From contig JBHGNT010000873.1 in NCBI GenBank assembly GCA_043228905.1, positions 1-14,380 of the forward strand: DNA of 14,380 bases, read 5' to 3'. The stretch comes from Azolla caroliniana (lineage: Eukaryota > Plantae > Polypodiophyta). Under the pieces are notes generated by a model. That model ran no database searches and was not told the origin of the DNA. It saw nothing but the letters and a program-made list of their open reading frames with translations. Position numbers and translations under genes: made by a program. Below, piece by piece: positions 1 to 7,812 of this stretch (positions are counted from its first letter, which is position 1; each line of letters starts with the position of its first letter).

Positions 1-500
1 AATGTTGTGAGATACCTCCCAACTCGCTAGCAAGCTTGAAAGGAGGGCAAGGGTTTTAACTTCTTCTTCGAAGTTAATCCCTTGAGAGGAGAGTTTAGAC
101 AACACCCGACTGAAGGTGTTAATGTGGGAAGTTGTTGGATCCATTTCTCTCATCTTCATGTTGAATAACCATAGAATCAATATTAGCTTCGATGAGGAGG
201 ACTTTATATCACACACATCTGGAGTTTCTCCCACAAAGAGAATATCGTCGTCTCCTTTGCCATGTTGAAATAAACGTTCTCAGCCACATGCATCCGAATG
301 GTCGATCTCTGGCTATCTCATCCATAGATTTTCATTCTTCAGCAGACATTGAAGCCAGGTTGGTATTGTGCCAAATGGCTTCAAGTTGTCATCCGATGAT
401 AAGAACATCTTACATTATCTCTTTCCAGAGGTCGAAGGTCTTCCCATCAAACGTATGGATTTTCACATTCGTGCCAAACTGTGTTGACCTAGTCTTTTCT
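1..500 (-). pseudogene. gag: Ty1/copia gag (UBN2/Retrotran_gag_2-like) relic, running off the left edge of the window
   Basis: Manual translation of the minus strand: GTNVKIHTFDGKTFDLWKEIM*DVLIIG*QLEAI...EE*KSMDEIAR/STIRMHVAENVYFNMAKETT..LWEKLQ/..SSSSKLILILWLFNMKMREMDPTTSHINTFSRVLSKLSSQGINFEEEVKTLALLSSLLASWE. Contains the copia gag motifs FDGxxFxxWK and LLSSLPxSW, with three in-frame stops and two frameshifts. Confidence 0.92.
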
Positions 501-560
501 CTCTACCGGATAACTTCTTTTTCAGCTTTCTGCTATTCATTGCCGCCGGACAGCAAGGTC

Positions 561-572
561 GCTCTGATACCA
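561..572 (-). promoter_or_regulatory. Primer-binding site complementary to initiator tRNA-Met
   Basis: Plus gctctgatacca = minus TGGTATCAGAGC, the canonical plant Met-i PBS. It lies 2 nt from the LTR end and upstream of gag. Confidence 0.95.
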
Positions 573-743
573 CTTGTTGTAGATAATATGTAGAAGAATA
601 TATGAGGACCTGGGTCCTGCAAGGTAATGCATCAAGCAAACAACATGGAAAAGACAAAGAAGTAGAGTATGTTCGATAGACAGGAAGTAAGAAGCAAGAT
701 AGACAGTGTAAGCTCTAATGGAAACTCGTTATTCTCTTCTGAA

Positions 744-746
<3 letters not shown>

Positions 747-786
<40 letters not shown>
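747..786. repeat. (CT)20/(GA)20 microsatellite inside the LTR
   Basis: Perfect dinucleotide run read directly. Confidence 0.97.
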
Positions 787-788
<2 letters not shown>

Positions 789-803
789 AATGATACAGTT
801 GGG

Positions 804-811
804 CTTATATA
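804..811 (-). promoter_or_regulatory. Putative LTR TATA box (TATATAAG)
   Basis: Plus cttatata = minus TATATAAG, in the U3 position of the LTR and oriented toward PBS/gag. Confidence 0.6.
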
Positions 812-883
812 ATCAAGCCCTAACTTGTGAGCGTGGTCCCATTAAGGATACAAAGTGGAAGGAGTCGGCCTTTTATGCCAACA

Positions 884-1718
884 CTTCTGATCCTTGTAGA
901 TAATGATATGATGAGGAGAACCTTCTATGAAATGGTGTCAATGCTCAAAAGAATCTATAATAGTCAAAAGCTCTTTGTTGTGAATTTCTTAATTGATCTA
1001 GAACTTCAAATTTTTGTTAATGGAAAGTGAATGGGTGCATTTGTCTTTTGTCTTTGGTTAGTGATAGGACATTTGTGAGTGCACAAACTGACGCTTTCAA
1101 ATACTTAAGCTTTACCTTAAGTCCATGTAAATGGATGGTTCTTCTAGGTAAGTTATGTAAGATGTAAAAAACCATCTTAGAGTAAATCTCGACGATCTTA
1201 CGATAAAAAATGGTGAGCCCTATGAAATATCAAATATTAGGCATGATCCATAATATTTGCCACTCGAGAATTGTTTGCATATTTGTTGAATCCATAAACC
1301 CTAAATTCCACTTGGTTACAATCAAAACTACATTTATTGAGTTTGGCATAGAGACCATGTAAAAGAAGTTGCATGAAAGTATCAACGGTCAGATGTTGAA
1401 AAATTGTTGGCACATTCATGACACCAAAAGATATAACTATATGCTTAAAATGTCCATATTGAGTGCAAAACGCAATCATCTACTTATCACTCGGATGAAT
1501 ATGAACTAGATTATAAGAGCCTCATAGTCAAACTTTGTGAAGTATTTAGCTCTACTCAAGCCCCCCAAAAGAATTGAGATTAAAGGCAACGTGCAGTTGC
1601 TTCTAATTGTGACTTTGTTTAAGTGTCAATAATTTATGCCCAAGCAAAGTGAGCCATCTTTCTTTTTAACAAAAAAGATTGGTGTGCCAACAAGAGATTT
1701 GGAATGTATATCTAAGAA
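884..1718 (-). pseudogene. pol: Ty3/gypsy (chromovirus, Tcn1-like) pol relic: reverse transcriptase and RNase H
   Basis: Minus-strand translation across frameshifts: HSKSLVGTPIFFVKKKDGSLCLGINY*HLNKVTIRSNCTLPLI..LSRAKYFTKFD/L*GSYNLVHI..IAFCTQYGHF..FGVMNVPTIFQH..GLYAKLNKCSF..FIGLTIFYRK..NHPFTWT..VLS..HPFTFH..IN*EIHNKELLTIIDSFEH*HHFIEGSPHHIIIYKDQK. Includes supplied ORF 1237..1479. Confidence 0.92.
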
Positions 1719-1950
1719 ATATATATACACATTTTCAAATTTTTAGAAAATATATAAGAAAGAGGGAATTCAAATCCCCCTTCTCATATGCATTTATGGA
1801 ATGTCAACCTACTCATGGTCCTAATGAAAAATTGTGACATATTTCTAAGGACATTATATTCTACAAATATAACGATCGGTAGACCTTTCATACACACCTC
1901 TAAAAAGAATACAATTATTTTTGCAAACATCAATGAAGTTGCAGTCAAGG

Positions 1951-2077
1951 AAGACAGATTGGCAACGGTCGTTCGGCACGGCTATACAAGATTCATTATA
2001 ATATTGAACTATTTTGTATATTGCCTCTGGCCACTTTAATTTTAATACCAATGGAGGATATGTTTTCATGAAAAAAA
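1951..2077 (+). mobile_element. 5'-truncated non-LTR retroposon (LINE 3' end or SINE) with poly(A) and 15-bp target-site duplication
   Basis: Flanked by AAGTTGCAGTCAAGG (1936-1950) and AAGTTGTAGTCAAGG (2078-2092; 1 mismatch). An A run (2071-2079) merges into the 3' TSD. It splits the CACTA motif EAKKMI..LDYNFIDVC. Confidence 0.85.
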
Positions 2078-2346
2078 AAGTTGTAGTCAAGGCAAAACGT
2101 TTGAATATCATCTTCTTAGCTTCCTCCCTTGATTTGGGGATAACGGTATCCTTAGGTAGTAGCTTCATTGAAAGTAAATTATAAAACACAAGTAATAACA
2201 TCAAGATACCAAAATGTGCGCAAGTTTATATACACCTCCAATCTTATACTCATGATGTCGTAACTAGAACATTTCTCCATCCCAATCTGATTTTGTAAGT
2301 TCAATATTACAAAACTTGAACATTATCGCATTAGTGCACATCCACA

Positions 2347-2432
2347 GTAAAGTTTATTCGTTGCTTCCTCACGAAGATACTACTAATTGGTAAAGTTTAT
2401 TCGTTGATTCCTCAAGAAGATAATACTCATTA
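2347..2432. repeat. 43-bp tandem duplication inside the CACTA relic
   Basis: gtaaagtttattcgttgcttcctcacgaagatactactaattg (2347-2389) vs gtaaagtttattcgttgattcctcaagaagataatactcatta (2390-2432); 38/43 identical. Confidence 0.93.
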
Positions 2433-2827
2433 GAAGATACATGCACAAAATTTCGAACCAATCATCAAGAAACTCACCCATGTCATCATCATGTTTGACA
2501 TGATCATTATGTTGAGTAGGCTTATGTTCACCATAAAAATTATTGTTCAAGTAATTGTCGCAAAGTAGCCACATGTACTATTTAAGACACACCCATATCA
2601 TGTGAAAAGTTTGTGTTTCATAATTCATTATACAACAGAAACATCTAATAGTTTAGATACAACTAACATAATTAGATCAGAGCTTGATCACTTCTTTACC
2701 AAAGTTAATTAATAAAAACCTCATCACCAACATGCAAGGATATAATGGTTAACACTATAACATAGACACTTACGTTGCAATTCATATACTCATTTTACTA
2801 CATTTTACAAATACATAATTAGTTGTA

Positions 2828-3150
2828 TTACATCTCCCTCAATTGTTATTGATGGATCCAACTATATGTCAAATGTCCCTCAACTACTACTAATGAGTCC
2901 AACTATAACATATTATATATTCTTACCATGGCCAACCCTCTCGTTGATGCAATGGTAGTGTATTTGGGTCCACTCTATTTTGATACTTAAGGCAAATGAA
3001 CTTAGATTTGTGATCAAGTGATCATGCCTTGACATAAATAACATCAACATATTATCTTCTCTAAGGAATCTTGCATCTCTCAAGCATTTGAATGCAATGT
3101 CTCCACCATTGATAAGTTCATGTGTTGCAACCTTGAGATCCAAGGTCATA
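2828..3150 (-). pseudogene. Highly degenerate copia RNase H followed by PPT and start of 3' LTR
   Basis: ORF 2913..3179 ends QIHYHCINERVGHGKNI, resembling the copia motif HIEVHYHFIRERVxxGxI. Minus strand then reads TTGAGGGAGA-TGTAA (PPT 2840-2833, LTR TG at 2832). Confidence 0.5.
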
Positions 3151-3869
3151 TATGACAAAGGGGTGGAGATGGCATTCATGATATAAAATAAAAAACTAAA
3201 TTAGAAGAATCTAACATAAGTTTCACTTGTGTGTGATGGTGGCCTTGGGATGCCATTTCTTAATTACAATATTAAGAAATGGTATCACAACGCCACTATC
3301 TATAGACAAAGCCACCTGGGTTTACTTTCATAAAGAAGTGCATTTAAATGTGCAGTTCCTACACAAAGGCTATGTTTTGTAGTACACTGAGAGCTCAATA
3401 TGAGCATATTGATGGTATTGATGTTGTAGAATTAATGAGGCTGAATTTTAGAAAGCAATGGTATACTACACCGATGGCCACAACAAATGGAATGGATATA
3501 TTATGGCAATATGCAATACCCATATGGTTGTTCCCCCCTCCCATTAGTTGAATGAGGGGCATGAAAGAGACATCATGTGGGATAGTGAATGTAGGTGATG
3601 GTGATGTGTGTGAAAGGATGGCTAGAGGCACTTGTGAAAGTGTAAGATAAATAAGTGAGATTTCTTAAGACATTTAGGCTAGTCTAGGCAAGGCCTACCT
3701 GAGAAAGGAATAGAGTTTGTGTATATTTTAATTCATGGAGTATATTCTTTTTTTGGAAAAAAAGATGATATGTTTTGTAGATTTTTTATCATGTGGCCTA
3801 ATTAAGTTTCTTTTATATTATATGTCTAATTCTTTGCATCAACAATTCAACGAGGTTGTTTCGTAAAGT

Positions 3870-4056
3870 AAGAAGCCATTGGAGCTATGTATGCATGGAC
3901 CATGCTTCCCATTTGGGAAAGGTAGCATAAAACGGTTTAAAGCCCATTTCGTAAAGGTAAATTTGTGATTCATGATTTTGTTAGTGAATGCATAACTTTT
4001 TTAGTACTGCTAATTCATGTTCTTTATTGTAGATGAAAGATTATGGACACACGTAG
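3870..4056 (+). pseudogene. Possible hAT-type BED-finger relic containing a 76-bp GT-AG intron (3957-4032)
   Basis: AAG|GTAAAT donor, CTAAT branch point at 4010-4014, TTCTTTATTGTAG acceptor. Spliced reading GKGSIKRFKAHFVK|MKDYG resembles the BED motif GSxxRxKAHLxKxxGxG. Confidence 0.3.
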
Positions 4057-4084
4057 AATGGATAAGTTTTTGACAACCCGACCC

Positions 4085-4737
4085 AGTGCAATTCAAATTC
4101 AATTTGATTTCTTTGCCTTGAAAGCAAATCGAATTAAACTGAACCATTCATAGAAAACAAAAACCAAACCAACCCATTTAAGAACTCCTCAAGCCATTTA
4201 AACCAAACCATTTAAGAAAAGGTAAACCAAACCATTTAGGCAAAGTTGAAACTAAATCTAACCAGTTATGTCAAATTAATTCAAAAATTAAATAAATAAA
4301 TAAATACATTAAAGACGAACTAATTCAAAACTTAAATAAATAAAAATACATTAAATTAATAAGCATTAAAGTCAAATTAATTCAAAAATTAAATAAATAA
4401 AAATACATTAAATTAAATAAGCATTAAAAGTCAAATTAATTCAAAATTTAAATAAATAAAAATTTATTAAATTTAAAAAAATGAATTAAATAAGGATTTA
4501 CGTTAAATTAACTGTATCAATAAAAAAACATGAACTAAAACATTAGATTATTAAACTATCACGGAAATAAATAAAAAAGTTACCCAAAAACCAATAAATT
4601 CATTAAACCAAACCACTTAAACCTATAATCCGATGAACACAAGTTTTAGAACTGAACCAAACGGTTTAATAAGAATTGAATCAAACCAAACTGTTTAACT
4701 ATATTGGAACCAAACGACTTGAAAATTCGAATTTTCA
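4085..4737. mobile_element. Non-autonomous DNA-transposon-like element with clustered AACCAAACC (decayed AACCGAACC) motifs around an AT-rich core; boundaries approximate
   Basis: Motifs at about 4161, 4200, 4224, 4606, 4655, 4683 and 4708. 18-bp palindrome TGAAAATTCGAATTTTCA at 4720-4737. No TIR or TSD resolved. Confidence 0.5.
4270..4478. repeat. AT-rich minisatellite, about 4 copies of a 44-59-bp unit
   Basis: Unit gtcaaattaattcaaaaattaaataaataaaaatacattaaattaataagcattaaa starts at 4270, 4314, 4371 and 4430. Confidence 0.92.
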
Positions 4738-4903
4738 TCTGAAACTTTTGTGACAATTATCAAGTCGATACAAGTTTTGTAACAATTTATAAGCTACCAA
4801 ATTATATCATTCATCAAAAAAATTAAGCTCTTTCATACATCAGATCAAAATTTTTGTTCTCAACTCACATTAGCACACAGTTTACAATGATCAACTGTAT
4901 TAC

Positions 4904-4917
4904 CTGAGGTGTAAGGG
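4904..4917 (-). CDS. Candidate 14-nt microexon of an unidentified host gene
   Basis: Minus strand: ctcttaac (branch-like)..ttttctttgatatttcattttctttag|CCCTTACACCTCAG|gtaata. Strong polypyrimidine acceptor and CAG|GTAA donor in a non-TE, U-rich (sense) island; open in all three phases. Confidence 0.6.
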
Positions 4918-5474
4918 CTAAAGAAAATGAAATATCAAAGAAAATTTGTGTTAAGAGTGATCACTGAGTTTCAACATACTGTCTACAATTGATGGTCATG
5001 GTGCCTCTTGTTTTTGTAGGCTTCCAATACAGCCCTGTGATTTGCTTTTCCGTGTCAACCCAAATTTCAGTGGACATTCTGCCTCAAGTCCCAATTGTTA
5101 CAACCCCAACAATGAGCACTCTTGTTCATTTTATAGCATTTTGGAGCTCCTTTTAACGGATAAACATAGTAGTGCCTCCTTTAACATACACCACTCCTTT
5201 TCCTTTTACCATCCACCTATCCTTAATTTAACAAGGGCACCAAGTGCTAGCAAAATGTCGCCGTATCCATGTCATTATCATCACTTTCTCATTACAGCTC
5301 ACATATTCCCTTCAAAGTTCCTAATGAGGTTTGAACCCTTGATTTTATCGTTTTAAGTGATTAATTCTTGTCGAGCTATCTTCAGTTTCATGTCATCATG
5401 CCCTTTTCATTACGTCTTCGACCAAACCCTTAACCCTTCTTACATCTGGATCCAGCACCACATCACGACATTGT

Positions 5475-6445
5475 AAAGAAATACGCAACAAACTTGAGCT
5501 AAAGTCCTATAAATGGATTTTCCTAGAATATAGTGGTGAAGGTGAAATGGAATATGGATTCTGCCATCTCATGCACAGAGAAATAGCACACAACAATGAT
5601 GTTATCTTCCGGGAAATCACATGCATAAATAATGGGAAGGAGTGCAGAGGTTTGTAGGGTTGTATTCCAAGAAAAAATTCCTTTTATGAAACAAAATTAG
5701 CCCACTAGACAACAAACACATGCTCTAAATGTACATTGAACTGCAAAAAATGATGCCGGAAATTATCAATCAATCATTGTCCATAAATTATAATGATGAG
5801 CCATCAAATGTGTAAGAACAGTCGGACAAGTGCTCAACAAGCTAAAATGTCACGACAAGTTGAAAATGATCATTTCCAAGCTAAACAATCATCAAACAAT
5901 GATCATTGGGTTGGGATATTGTCTAGGGCTACTAGATAGCCTAATAGATTTGTTCCTGGTGCAAATAATGTGGCTGATTATGTCACCGCGACCACTGGTT
6001 AACTGCCTTGCTTCAAGGAAGACAAAATGACTAACAATAAATACTCTAAAGCCATCTTGTCCGAAATGGACTCTCTTGAAAAAACGACACCTACGACTTG
6101 ATTCATTTGCCTGAAGGGTAGAAAACACTTCCACACAAATGGGTTTATAAGATGAATGTTATTTCTAGTTCCTTGACAGTCAACAAAGTAAGATTTAATT
6201 GAGAAGTGATACAATAGGGAATATGGAGTTGATTTTGATGACATTTTCTCCCCTATAGTCAAGATGACTACATTGAGAACCATTTTTGGCTCTCCTGGAG
6301 CTTAAGATATGGAGCTTCATTTTTAAATGGTAATCTGCATGACGGCATATATATGCAATAGCATCAAGGGTTTGAGGCAAAAGGCAAAGAGAAGATACAT
6401 TGTACAATCAAAAAGAGTTTGTATGTGCTCAAACAAGCACCATGA
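5475..6445 (+). pseudogene. pol: Ty1/copia pol relic: integrase C-terminal region, linker and N-terminal half of RT
   Basis: KEIRNKLELKSYKWIFLEYSGEGEMEYGF..IAHNNDVIFRE; KAILSEMDSLEK/NDTYDLIHLPEG..HKWVYK; EYGVDFDDIFSPIVKMTTLRTIFG; SFLNGNLHDGIYMQ*HQGFEAKGKEKIHCTIKKSLYVLKQAP*. Copia INT-then-RT order, many stops and frameshifts, truncated before YVDD. Confidence 0.93.
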
Positions 6446-7064
6446 TTGGAGCTTCGTATGAGGGCTCTTGAGCCCGTGAACTCTTTCATGAAATCAAAGA
6501 GACTGGATTGTGTTGAACTACTACTCGAAATCAATCTACCAATTAGCCCACAATTATTTTCGTTGCAATGGTCAAACACACGGGAAGTCCTTGTGAGGGA
6601 CTCAATGAGAGAAAACACTTGTTCTCATGTGGAACCTACAAAGTCATTCTCTCATGCATGCCCCAAACATACCGCTCGCTAACCCACCACTCACTCGAAA
6701 TTATTACTATGCCAAAATATGGCACCTCCTCTCACTACAGAAGCTATATCGACAAATTGTTTTTCTTAATTGCCTCTCCCACTATGCAAGATAAGCCCTC
6801 GTCAAGGCTCTCCATGAGAGAACACCTCCACTTTCACATGACACCTTCTGGACATCAACATACCCACTTCTCCAACTTAGACTCGACATCGAGCCTAGGG
6901 TTCATAATACTCCTCCCATCGAGCCTACCGACATAATCTTATACACACACTATAACAAACTCTAAAGCCCCTAACCCCACACCACTATTTCATTCATGAA
7001 AAGGAAACACCTATTTACCTACATTTACAGAAATAAAAGCACACCTTTGCACATGTACAGGGAA

Positions 7065-7253
7065 ACACATCTATATGTAAGGTGCACATTACATATGTAT
7101 GTATGTATGTATGTATACATACATATTATATATATCTATATAATACACAAATCATATAGGCATGCATACTACCATCACACATATGAAAACATATGTGCAC
7201 ATTGCACCTTCACACACAAAACGTTTTATGCATACATGCACATGTACATGTAC
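7065..7253. repeat. Low-complexity degenerate (TATG)n/(CATA)n/(TA)n tract
   Basis: tatgtatgtatgtatgtatacatacatattatatatat and catgtacatgtacatg runs. Confidence 0.75.
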
Positions 7254-7277
7254 ATGGAATTCATATAAAATAAGTAG
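7254..7277 (-). CDS. Candidate 24-nt exon of the same putative host gene
   Basis: Minus strand: tgctaat (branch)..gtccctttgcag|CTACTTATTTTATATGAATTCCAT|gtacat. Consensus TTTGCAG acceptor; the donor is only moderate and alternative GT donors lie 6, 12 and 18 nt further on. Confidence 0.35.
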
Positions 7278-7607
7278 CTGCAAAGGGACTTTCATGTATA
7301 CTAATTAGCAGACACACTCAGTTTATCATAGACAGATGAATACAAACCATTCATATCGATATCTCATTCTAAAAGCAAATTTTCACATGTAATACAAGTT
7401 TGCATGCATGTGTGTATAATTATGTGTAAGCACATTCAAGATTCATCTATGACATGACGCTAACTGGCACAATGCACCAAATCAAAGGAAGATAATTGAC
7501 TAGTGCACATCCATGGGGCCAACTTACACGGGTCAGCTCTCGCAAACACAGCAAGTGGAAAAACGGAGTCGATCTATGGTCCGTCCTTGGGCGCAAGGCC
7601 TGATGGT

Positions 7608-7631
7608 TATATATATATATATATATATATA
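7608..7631. repeat. (TA)12 microsatellite
   Basis: Perfect run read directly. Confidence 0.95.
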
Positions 7632-7747
7632 TCACACAGCCTTCTCTCGCGGCAGCTTGTAGTGACGAGCATGGCTACTCGAGCGTTCTCTGTGACCTCC
7701 CACTGTGTTTAGGGTTTAGTTCTGACCCTGGTTTTGGCACACCATGT

Positions 7748-7812
7748 CCTAGGTTAAGTTTTTGTCCTAAGGTTTAAGGACCTAGGTTTTAAGTTTTTGT
7801 CCTAAGGTTTAA
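7748..7812. repeat. Tandem duplication of about 33 bp (cctaggtt[tt]aagtttttgtcctaaggtttaa)
   Basis: Copies at 7748-7777 and 7781-7812, with a partial third copy near 7823-7838. Confidence 0.88.

Larger units (their letters stand above)
575..883 (-). mobile_element. 5' LTR (309 bp) of the Ty1/copia element
   Basis: Begins TGTTG (575-579) and ends CAACA (879-883). It abuts the PBS on one side, and gypsy coding sequence resumes exactly at 884 on the other. Contains a TATA box and a (GA)n tract. Confidence 0.9.
1780..2660 (-). pseudogene. CACTA/En-Spm TnpD-type transposase relic (N-terminal part; boundaries approximate)
   Basis: Minus strand motifs typical of the TnpD region before the Transposase_21 core: DNY..FYGEH, DDDMGEFLDD, EEATNKLYCGC, VILNLQNQIGW, LLPKDTVIPKSREEAKKMI, LD(Y/C)NFIDVCKNNCILFRGVYE (ORFs 2383..2574 and 1854..2204). 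No CACTA termini seen. Confidence 0.82.

Noticed and set aside
192-593. 133-aa plus-strand ORF
   Set aside because: It is antisense to the copia gag/PBS region and has no recognisable motif.
718-903. ORF with an SLSLSL repeat
   Set aside because: Translation of the (CT)20 microsatellite in the LTR.
577-904. 11-bp direct repeat TTGTAGATAAT (577-587, 894-904) as a TSD
   Set aside because: One copy is inside the LTR terminus and the other is gypsy RNase H coding sequence (IIYK). Copia TSDs are 5 bp and external.
3348-3631. Overlapping short ORFs on both strands
   Set aside because: No recognisable domain; probably unidentifiable decayed TE sequence.
4270-4478. Repeat array as CRISPR
   Set aside because: Head-to-tail AT-rich units with no unique spacers, no cas genes and a eukaryotic TE context.
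5096-5470. Solo LTR (TGTTACAA...CACGACA)
   Set aside because: Ends match only over TGT/ACA and the flanks (ccaat / ttgta) do not form a TSD. It may be an LTR fragment but cannot be supported.
6446-6936. ORFs 6446..6682 and 6568..6936 as a gene or LINE tail
   Set aside because: Only a faint knuckle-like E..HLFSC..Y resemblance, which is insufficient for a call.
6996-7268. 90-aa His/Tyr/Met-rich ORF
   Set aside because: Artefact of TATG/CATA low-complexity sequence.
7708-7719. Interstitial telomere array
   Set aside because: Fewer than two full TTTAGGG units; only a telo-box-sized motif.
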